From positions 2,971 to 66,970 of the forward strand of contig JAZQFS010000016.1 of assembly GCA_045539625.1 (NCBI GenBank): 64,000 bases of DNA, read 5' to 3'. The position numbers and the translations under genes were made by a program. The notes beneath the pieces were generated by a model. It was not told the DNA's origin. It saw nothing but the letters and a program-made list of their open reading frames with translations, and ran no database searches. Positions 45,656 to 53,229 of the stretch are shown here, in pieces. The DNA comes from Eubacteriales bacterium. Lineage in GTDB: Bacteria > Bacillota > Clostridia > Oscillospirales > CAG-382. The stretch's first letter is position 1. Every line of letters starts with the position of its first letter.

Positions 45656-46279
45656 TTATTCCTTAACTGTATCTAAATTCAGTGCAAGTCTTGCAGTATT
45701 TCTGTCTTTAAGACTTGCCTTATCATATGCTCTTGCAACCTCATACGCATTTGCAGAAAGCTCACTTGGCATATATGCTTTGCCGCCTGCCCACACTTCG
45801 AGCGGTACATTCAGCGTTTCTGATAACTGCATTGCAATAGGAAGAGGTGCGTCCTTCATCCTTCGGGTTATAATAGAACGTACTTGTCTGTCGGTAAGCC
45901 CGGTAACTCTTACAATATCGGAAATATATAACCCCATTTTCATTGTTACCTCAATGAAAATCTTGTAAAAAGGAAGACCTTCAAGCTCGTTGCATAACTC
46001 TTCGTACACTGCTTCCGATTCGGTATCACCCAAAAGGTAATCAACTGAAACCTTTAATTTTTCGGCATACTTGCTTACCTGTTCAATTTTGGGTGAACGC
46101 TGTCCAAGCTCGTAACGGCTGAGTATCTGTTTTGAAGTACCAAGCATTTTAGCAAATTCATCTTGCGAGAGCCCTTTTTCTTTACGAAGTTCTCGTAGTC
46201 TTTCTCCAAACGAAGTAAAATGCAAATCCACATCGGGCAGGCTGTCTATAACAGCCTGTTCTTTTTTGCTGTCATTCAT
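45656..46279 (-). CDS. XRE-family HTH regulator (repressor-like) with a C-terminal domain
   Basis: FGERLRELRKEKGLSQDEFAKMLGTSKQILSRYELGQRSP. The ATG at 46279 is preceded by AAAGGAG. Confidence 0.8.
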   Translation of the reverse strand: MNDSKKEQAVIDSLPDVDLHFTSFGERLRELRKEKGLSQDEFAKMLGTSKQILSRYELGQRSPKIEQVSKYAEKLKVSVDYLLGDTESEAVYEELCNELEGLPFYKIFIEVTMKMGLYISDIVRVTGLTDRQVRSIITRRMKDAPLPIAMQLSETLNVPLEVWAGGKAYMPSELSANAYEVARAYDKASLKDRNTARLALNLDTVKE

Positions 46280-46389
46280 ATCACTCAAACTCCTTTGTTT
46301 GTAATTCTGCACATATCTACATACATATTATAACTCATTAAATCCACATTGTCAATATCTTTTGTAAAATTATATGAATTTGTCGACAA

Positions 46390-46437
46390 ACGGTTGACAA
46401 ACGGCGAAATATACTGTAAAATAGCATTGTCAACCGT
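46390..46437 (+). promoter_or_regulatory. promoter (TTGACA-17 nt-TAAAAT) bracketed by an 11-bp inverted repeat; candidate XRE operator
   Basis: ACGGTTGACAA 46390-46400 and TTGTCAACCGT 46427-46437. -35 at 46394-46399, -10 at 46417-46422. Additional direct GACAAACGG copies are present. Confidence 0.55.
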
Positions 46438-46518
46438 ACGGTGACACAATGCAGACGATTCAAGGAGGTGTCTAAAAATGATATTAATATTCGGATAAAC
46501 CCGAAAGAAATTCCAAGC

Positions 46519-46641
46519 ATGGAGAAAAAATTACTGTGTGCTACTTTTCTTGATGCAGTTATACGGTTTTACCAAAATCCCAATAACGAGCTTGCATTCA
46601 GAAAATGGTATGCGGAGAAAGGAGGAAAAGTCAATGGATGA
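46519..46641 (+). CDS. 40-aa hypothetical protein
   Basis: MEKKLLCATFLDAVIRFYQNPNNELAFRKWYAEKGGKVNG. It overlaps the next ATG by 8 nt. The RBS is weak. Confidence 0.3.
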   Translation: MEKKLLCATFLDAVIRFYQNPNNELAFRKWYAEKGGKVNG

Positions 46642-46864
46642 AAGAATGGAAAAAATGCTGCGAGAGAAATACCCCCATCACATACCCCTTAAAGTTGCAT
46701 CAAAGTTTCTTGCAGTATCGCCCCGACAGTTATCAAAGCTAATTGCAGACGAACGAAAGCCCTTTTGTGAAATAGGTGCTAATATCGGGACAAAACAGAA
46801 GTATGCCAGAATCTATACAGGCAGAATGATTAAGTATCTCAAAGGCGAATTGCCCTATGACTAA
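46634..46864 (+). CDS. small HTH protein (excisionase/Cro-like)
   Basis: RBS GGAGGA lies 7 nt upstream. IPLKVASKFLAVSPRQLSKLIADERKPF resembles an HTH. Confidence 0.5.
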   Translation: MDERMEKMLREKYPHHIPLKVASKFLAVSPRQLSKLIADERKPFCEIGANIGTKQKYARIYTGRMIKYLKGELPYD

Positions 46865-46989
46865 TTAGGTAGTTTTCATTCTTGTATAGGAGGTGGTTGT
46901 CTTCCGTGGAAGCAAACAGAAATAATTGTCAGGTGATATGAAGGTATTGGAGCTTTTCGTATCACCTGACTTTTTATATGGAGGTATTT

Positions 46990-48063
46990 ATGAAATTACA
47001 CAACAACCAGTTATATCTTATACGCCACCTTATTCGTTTTAATTATCTTGATTATGAAAGCTGTCTTGATGTGCTCGACAGAGAAAACACAGGGGACAAA
47101 ATTAAAATGTCCTATGCATTCAGGCCACTTACAAAGAATAAGTACATATCTAAAAATAAAGACGGTATAGTAACAGTACTGAAAAAAGGAAAAGCTTTAT
47201 TTCCAAATACAAAACCGTTGATTTCTTCGGGTGGTGAAAAAGAGCGTGTTATTCAGGTGTCAAAAACGGCGGCACTTTTGGAGAAAAATGGATGTGTCAT
47301 AACGGATAGAGTACCTGACAGTCAAAAGCCACATTTCATTCCCTCTGCATGTTGGCGTAATATTGCTCACGGAATACTTTCAACAACCCGTTTTGTTGGT
47401 ATGCTTTTGGCATACGGTAAAAAGTACGCGGTTTACGACATAGGAGACGGCAGTGTTGAATGGCAGGTTCGTGCGGAAAGTTCTCTTTTCTATACAAGAT
47501 ACGGCTCTTACGAAACAAAGGCAAACGGAATGATTCTTATTTGTGATGACGATAAGAAAGATGCCATTGCAACAAACATTATCCGCCAGACTATGTGGCA
47601 CAGAAAAAGTCTTATGAGTGAAAATTATACCGAGCGTGAAAGACCTGTCCGCTTTTCAAGGTCACCGATAAAGCTCAGAACACAGTATGAGCGTGTTTAT
47701 CTTACAACAACGAAAACACTTAGAAAATCGTTGTTTCGGATATATAACGAGGATAATACCATAAGGAAATGTCTCAAGAACGGAACTCTAACATACGATC
47801 CCAAGATAGGAGATTTTGAAATATGGCCCGAAAGGTTTTATATAAATCCCGCATTTGACCTCTTGAAGCTTGTGTACTTCTTCTCTGCCGTCAAGCTTGA
47901 TATTTACGATGAAAATGAAACCGGATGTAAATCGGGTATCACATATTCTATAGCGATGCACAAAGAGGACAAGCCGATACTTGATATGTACGAAGATGTA
48001 AAAAACTCAAGGAGGATAAAAGTATATGAAATTAGATCTGATGAAAACTCTCAAAAGAATTGA
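46990..48063 (+). CDS. hypothetical protein with an N-terminal winged-helix-like region (possible replication/relaxation function)
   Basis: RBS GGAGG before the ATG at 46990. No confident family match by eye. Confidence 0.5.
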   Translation: MKLHNNQLYLIRHLIRFNYLDYESCLDVLDRENTGDKIKMSYAFRPLTKNKYISKNKDGIVTVLKKGKALFPNTKPLISSGGEKERVIQVSKTAALLEKNGCVITDRVPDSQKPHFIPSACWRNIAHGILSTTRFVGMLLAYGKKYAVYDIGDGSVEWQVRAESSLFYTRYGSYETKANGMILICDDDKKDAIATNIIRQTMWHRKSLMSENYTERERPVRFSRSPIKLRTQYERVYLTTTKTLRKSLFRIYNEDNTIRKCLKNGTLTYDPKIGDFEIWPERFYINPAFDLLKLVYFFSAVKLDIYDENETGCKSGITYSIAMHKEDKPILDMYEDVKNSRRIKVYEIRSDENSQKN

Positions 48064-48628
48064 AAAGAATATTAACTTCAAAGGCAAGACAGATGTTGAA
48101 AAATTGAAAGTTGCATATGAAGACACCCTGCGTTTGCGAAGTCAGCTGATTGCTATTATACATGATAAAGAACAATTCATCCATATTCCGTGTCATATAT
48201 TTAACCCTGTTTTTTTCACTTGTGAGCGGACAGAAAAGAAGAAGTCAGTCACCCTTACAATAAATGAACCGCTACCGTCAACAAAGGAATTGACAGAAGC
48301 GGTAGAAGAACACTGGATAAAAATGATTCACGATGAGCTTGTCAGAGAAGGTAAAACGGGAATTCCTGTATTTGACAAAGCATTCGTAATGATTGAAATA
48401 ACCACACCGAGAGGCACCCATAATTGTAAAGTGTGGGACACTTCAAACAGAAGTATAAATGTTATTATCAATAACATAAAAGGGATTCTTTTTATGGACG
48501 ACAATTTCGAGCATATGGCATTCGCGGTGACTGCAGACTGGGGCGAAGAAGCCAAAACAGTAATAAAAATCATAGATTTTGACGAGCAATTCAAAGCAAA
48601 TCTTGACAACTTACTGGCAACTCCATGA
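48026..48628 (+). CDS. hypothetical protein
   Basis: RBS AAGGAGGA lies 9 nt upstream. It overlaps the upstream gene by 38 nt. Confidence 0.5.
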   Translation: MKLDLMKTLKRIEKNINFKGKTDVEKLKVAYEDTLRLRSQLIAIIHDKEQFIHIPCHIFNPVFFTCERTEKKKSVTLTINEPLPSTKELTEAVEEHWIKMIHDELVREGKTGIPVFDKAFVMIEITTPRGTHNCKVWDTSNRSINVIINNIKGILFMDDNFEHMAFAVTADWGEEAKTVIKIIDFDEQFKANLDNLLATP

Positions 48629-48812
48629 CGGTTTCAAAAATGCCATAGAGAAAAAACGATTGGCACTAAAAAACATTTCGCAAAATGCCGTGTAAAACAT
48701 CTATTGGCATCGATTTGTGCATCCAAAGCAAAATAAAAACTACCCAATTTCAGAGGGGTTATGTGAGGGGGATTTCGCGTAAGCGCAATTCCCGAACAGA
48801 ACAGGCAGAGAT

Positions 48813-48861
48813 AAGCCCAAACCGAGTGCGCGTTTTACGCAAATCTCGTTTGGGCTTTTTG
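48813..48861 (+). terminator. intrinsic terminator
   Basis: AAGCCCAAAC...GTTTGGGCTT followed by TTT. Confidence 0.65.
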
Positions 48862-48981
48862 CAGGAATAAAACTAATTTAATGTAAATCATTGACGACTC
48901 ACAGACACAAAGAAGAATGAGATTTTTGTGATATGGTAAAATATATATACGAAAAATCAATGAAAAGGAGTTGTCAAAATA

Positions 48982-49821
48982 ATGAAAAAAATTACTCAAA
49001 TACTAATTGAAGAATTTAAGATATTTCTTGTCAGCGAAGAGAAAAGTGATGCTACAGTAGACAAGTACATTCGTGATATCTGCGCTTTTTCAATGTGGTT
49101 AAATGGAAAGGAAGTTGACAAGCCCGCAGTCCTTGAATACAAATCGTATCTTGTTGACAATTACAAGCCTGCAAGTGTTAACTCAGTTTTATCTTCCCTA
49201 AACAGCTTTTTCACTTACAACGAGTGGTATGACTGTAAGGTAAAGTCCTTAAAGATTCAAAAACAGATATTTGCCTCAAAGGAAAAAGAGCTTACAAAAG
49301 CAGAATATGAGAGACTTCTTGAGGCGGCAAAGTCGAAGAAGAATGAAAGACTCTACTTGTTGATGCAGACCATATGCTCAACGGGAATTCGTGTGTCAGA
49401 ACTAAGATTTATAACTGTTGCTGCTGTTAATACAGGAGTTGCTAACATCAATTGCAAAGGTAAGCTGCGTCAAGTATTTCTTCCCAAAACACTTTGTAAG
49501 GTTCTCACAAGATATATCCGAGAGCAAAAAATAACAAGCGGCTTCGTGTTCGTATCACGAACAGGTAAACCGCTTGACAGAAGCAATATTTGGTCAGATA
49601 TGAAAAAGCTCTGCGAATCCGCAGGAGTATCAAAGGATAAAGTCTTTCCGCACAATCTTCGCCATCTTTTTGCACGCACTTACTATTCGCTTCAAAAAGA
49701 TATTGTGCGCCTTGCCGACATTCTCGGTCATTCAAGTGTGAATACGACGAGAATTTATACGATGGAAACGGGTGAGGTGCATAAGAGGCACATTGAAAAA
49801 CTAGGGTTACTACGATGCTAA
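48982..49821 (+). CDS. tyrosine recombinase (short Xer/invertase-like)
   Basis: Catalytic signature GIRVSELR (Arg), HNLRHLFA (His-x-x-Arg), LGHSSVNTTRIYT (His, Tyr). 279 aa. Confidence 0.88.
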   Translation: MKKITQILIEEFKIFLVSEEKSDATVDKYIRDICAFSMWLNGKEVDKPAVLEYKSYLVDNYKPASVNSVLSSLNSFFTYNEWYDCKVKSLKIQKQIFASKEKELTKAEYERLLEAAKSKKNERLYLLMQTICSTGIRVSELRFITVAAVNTGVANINCKGKLRQVFLPKTLCKVLTRYIREQKITSGFVFVSRTGKPLDRSNIWSDMKKLCESAGVSKDKVFPHNLRHLFARTYYSLQKDIVRLADILGHSSVNTTRIYTMETGEVHKRHIEKLGLLRC

Positions 49822-49825
49822 AATG

Positions 49826-50094
49826 ACATAATTCCAATTATGTGGTATTAAAAATAGCAAAAATCAACTTAACTCTACACAAAAGCATTAGAATTATAAA
49901 ATTACAGCACGAAAAGACCAATGAAAGAAATTAAAGTTACATTGGTCTGCTTTGTTATGCCTTAATTTGTAAAAATATTATGTAGTTTTACGTAAATCAT
50001 TGACTTAAAACACATTTTGTGATATGATGAATGGGTAAAATTGTGTTGGTATCGTCTGCAATCAAATGACAGTACCACATAATTGGAATTTTGT
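49826..50094. promoter_or_regulatory. invertible DNA element (inverton): 22-bp IRs flanking a 225-bp promoter-bearing segment
   Basis: IRL ACATAATTCCAATTATGTGGTA at 49826-49847. IRR TACCACATAATTGGAATTTTGT at 50073-50094 (18 bp perfect, 21/22 overall). It lies directly after the tyrosine recombinase stop. Confidence 0.7.
50000..50028 (+). promoter_or_regulatory. extended -10 promoter inside the inverton, currently facing the surface-protein operon
   Basis: TTGACT, 17-nt spacer containing TG at -15/-14, TATGAT. Confidence 0.6.
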
Positions 50095-50121
50095 AGTAAG
50101 CATTGGAAAGGAGGAAACATA

Positions 50122-50256
50122 ATGAAAAAAAAGCAATATGAAAAACCGGAACTTGAAGTAACAGTATTTGTATCAGAAGATATACTTACAACATCTTCAA
50201 ATATTGATAACAATCAAGGCGAGTGGGATCCGCTTTCGCCCTGGGGAAATTTTTAG
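50122..50256 (+). CDS. 44-aa peptide MKKKQYEKPELEVTVFVSEDILTTSSNIDNNQGEWDPLSPWGNF
   Basis: Strong RBS GGAAAGGAGG 7 nt upstream. First ORF after the invertible promoter. Missing from the ORF track, presumably because of a length cutoff. Confidence 0.5.
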   Translation: MKKKQYEKPELEVTVFVSEDILTTSSNIDNNQGEWDPLSPWGNF

Positions 50257-50277
50257 TAAGTACAAAGGAGAATTGAT

Positions 50278-51840
50278 ATGAAAAACACATTAAAATTAAT
50301 CGCATTAACGTTGGTTGTATCTATGCTTTTAATCGGAGTGGCAGTACCTGCTTCGGCAAATGGTGAAGCACCCGAATTGAGCATAGACTACTGCAACCTT
50401 TCCTTCCGTGACAGCGTGTGCATTAAATATGCTGTTGCATCAACAAGCACAGAAGAAACCACGGTTCTTCTGTGGGATGAACCTTCCGATGAATACTTGT
50501 ATGGCACACATATTGCCGAACTTTCAACCGTTGGCAATCAGACAATAAGTGGCGAAACATATAAGGTATTTGACTATACCGAACTTGCAGCAAAGCAGAT
50601 GACAGATGTTATATATGCTCGTGCCTATACCGTTGTTGACGGTGAAGCGTATTACAGCGATGTTGTAAAATACAGCATTCTTCAATATGCGTATAGCAAA
50701 CTCGGCAAGACAGGTACAGCATCTGATGATGAAAATCTCAAGGCTATGCTTTCTTCAATGCTCGAATATGGTGCAAACGCACAGAAGTATTTTGAGTATG
50801 ATGTAGACAGACTTGCGACAGATGACTTTTATAAGGTTAAAATTATAGGTGGTCTTATTGACGACCAGTGTAATCACGGTCTTTATCTTGAAGGCGACAA
50901 GGTTAATGTTATAGCACCTGAAACTAATAGCGATGGCGTTGAATTTGCAGGGTGGATAAATGAAAACGGTGATGTTGTTGCAGAAACAGCAGAAGCCACA
51001 ATAACAGTCGGAACTTCAAATGATGTTTATACAGCAGTTTATGGAGAAATTCCTGCTGACCCCAATAAGCCTGAAGCATCCGAAGGTCTTGAATATGAAT
51101 CCAACGGAGACGCCACTTGCTATCTTGTTGGCATGGGCGAATGCCAAGATGCGGACATTGTAATTCCCGAAACATCACCCGACGGTGATACAGTATTTGC
51201 CATCGACCGTAACGCATTTGCCAGTGAAGCAATAACATCTATTACTATTCCTACAACAATAGAAGAAATCGGTAGAAATGCATTTAACGGTTGTGATTCT
51301 TTGACAGATGTGTATTACCTTGGTACAGAGAAAGAGTGGGAAGCTCTTTGCGAAAATATTGCTACAGGTAATACCGCTCTTTTGAATGCGAATGTTCATT
51401 TCGCAAAGGAATCGATAACTTATGATGAACCTACAATCGTTGTTGAAAGTGTAACTGCAAGTGCAGGAGATACTGTGGAAGTACTTGTAGATCTTTACAG
51501 TAATCCCGGAATACTTGGAATGACATTGAAACTTGGATTTAATGACGAAGCAATGACACTTGCTAAAGTGGAGAAAGGAACAGCTCTAAGTGAAATGACC
51601 TTTACATCTCCCAAAGGAGAAGCTCTCAAAAACGGATGCGAACTTCCTTGGGATGCGGAGGAAGTATTGCCTGAAGATGTAACAAACGGCAACATCTTAA
51701 AATTAACTTTTGAGATTGCAGATAACGCAGAAACTGGAGATTACAATGTGACCTTAACCTACAATAACGGAGCCGTTATTGACAATGATATGCTTCCCGT
51801 GAATCTTGCAATTATTAACGGTAAAGTATCTATAGCATAA
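50278..51840 (+). CDS. secreted protein: unknown N-domain, BspA-type LRR, C-terminal cohesin-like module
   Basis: Signal peptide ...VAVPASANG. LRR ITSITIPTTIEEIGRNAFNGCDSLTDVYYLGTEKEWE. C-terminal module NPGILGMTLKLGFNDEAM...GDYNVTLTYNNGAVIDNDMLPVNLAIINGKVSI. Confidence 0.7.
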   Translation: MKNTLKLIALTLVVSMLLIGVAVPASANGEAPELSIDYCNLSFRDSVCIKYAVASTSTEETTVLLWDEPSDEYLYGTHIAELSTVGNQTISGETYKVFDYTELAAKQMTDVIYARAYTVVDGEAYYSDVVKYSILQYAYSKLGKTGTASDDENLKAMLSSMLEYGANAQKYFEYDVDRLATDDFYKVKIIGGLIDDQCNHGLYLEGDKVNVIAPETNSDGVEFAGWINENGDVVAETAEATITVGTSNDVYTAVYGEIPADPNKPEASEGLEYESNGDATCYLVGMGECQDADIVIPETSPDGDTVFAIDRNAFASEAITSITIPTTIEEIGRNAFNGCDSLTDVYYLGTEKEWEALCENIATGNTALLNANVHFAKESITYDEPTIVVESVTASAGDTVEVLVDLYSNPGILGMTLKLGFNDEAMTLAKVEKGTALSEMTFTSPKGEALKNGCELPWDAEEVLPEDVTNGNILKLTFEIADNAETGDYNVTLTYNNGAVIDNDMLPVNLAIINGKVSIA

Positions 51841-51853
51841 AGAGGCGATAATA

Positions 51854-53227
51854 ATGAACAAAAGAATTATTACAGTCTTCTTAACATTAATTCTAATTTG
51901 CTCGTTAACAGTTATGTCAAAGGTCAGTTTAGCTTCTTTTACCGACGTTCCTGACCATGAGTGGTTTGCAGAAAGCGTAGAATATGTAAAAGATAAAGGT
52001 TTGATGAATGGTATAACTGTTACCACCTTTGAACCGCAGACCTCTATAACTCGTGGAATGATTGTTACAATCATTTATAGATTAGAAGGGTCACCGGAGG
52101 TTAAGAGTGAGCTTCAGTTTTCAGATGTAAACCCGACATATTATTACTGCACTCCAATTATTTGGGCATCTGAAAATGGTATCGTTAACGGTTATAGCAA
52201 AGATACTTTCGCACCCGACGATGAAATCACAAGAGAACAGTTTGCAACAATTCTCTATCGGTATGCTGAGAAGAAGGGCCTTGATGTTTCGCTCGGTTCG
52301 GATAGTGTTGATTTGTCAAGCTTCGAAGACGAAAGTAAAATCAGCGAATATGCAGTAAAAGCTTTGTCTTGGGCGAATGAAGCGGGACTGATTAAAGGTG
52401 TTACAGTAACAACCCTTGAACCTCAGGGAAAAGCTACTAGAGCACAGGCTGCAACCATTTTTATGAGATTTGATAAACTTATAGAACAGTCTGAACAATC
52501 AAATTCTTCAATCGAATCTAAGGATGATGAAACAGACAATGATGAAACCGCGCCCGGCAAGAATGGTGATTCATCTTCAAGCAATGACAGTGGTTCCCCA
52601 AAAGACCCTGTTAAAAATGACGATAAAGATGATGGCAACAACGACAAAGATAATAATAACGACGATGATAATGCCGGAGAGTGGGATGATGTGAAAGATG
52701 AAAACTCCAAAAATGAAAACACTGGCAATGACTCTTCAAAAGACGAACCCTCGAATGATGACCCTATCGAGGAAGATGACAATGAAGATGAAGCCTATGA
52801 AAATCCAACGATAGTTGTTGACAATGCTTCTGTAAGAGCAGGAGAAGAAGTTTCGATAAGTGTTGAACTTCACAATAACCCGGGAATACTTGGAATGACA
52901 TTAAAACTGAAATTTGATGAAGAAGTGATGACGCTAACCGAAGTCAAAAAAGGAACGGCTCTTAGTGAAACTACATTTACGGCTCCTAAAGGCGAAGCAC
53001 TCAAAAATGGTTGTCGATTCCTTTGGGATGCAGAATATGTGTCAATCGAAGATGTAACAAACGGCAACATCTTAAAATTAACGTTTGAGATTGTAGATGA
53101 CGCAGAAACTGGAGATTACAACGTGACCTTAAGTTACAATAACGGAGCCGTTATTGACAATGATATGCTTCCAGTTAATCTTGAGATTATTAATGGTAAA
53201 ATTTCTATAAAACAAGGAGGATATTGA
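51854..53227 (+). CDS. cell-wall anchor: three SLH repeats, acidic low-complexity linker, C-terminal cohesin-like module
   Basis: FTDVPDHEWFAESVEYVKDKGLMNG, FSDVNPTYYYCTPIIWASENGIVNG, SEYAVKALSWANEAGLIKG. D/N/E/S-rich linker. Module NPGILGMTLKLKFDEEVM...INGKISI. Confidence 0.75.
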   Translation: MNKRIITVFLTLILICSLTVMSKVSLASFTDVPDHEWFAESVEYVKDKGLMNGITVTTFEPQTSITRGMIVTIIYRLEGSPEVKSELQFSDVNPTYYYCTPIIWASENGIVNGYSKDTFAPDDEITREQFATILYRYAEKKGLDVSLGSDSVDLSSFEDESKISEYAVKALSWANEAGLIKGVTVTTLEPQGKATRAQAATIFMRFDKLIEQSEQSNSSIESKDDETDNDETAPGKNGDSSSSNDSGSPKDPVKNDDKDDGNNDKDNNNDDDNAGEWDDVKDENSKNENTGNDSSKDEPSNDDPIEEDDNEDEAYENPTIVVDNASVRAGEEVSISVELHNNPGILGMTLKLKFDEEVMTLTEVKKGTALSETTFTAPKGEALKNGCRFLWDAEYVSIEDVTNGNILKLTFEIVDDAETGDYNVTLSYNNGAVIDNDMLPVNLEIINGKISIKQGGY

Positions 53228-53229
53228 TA

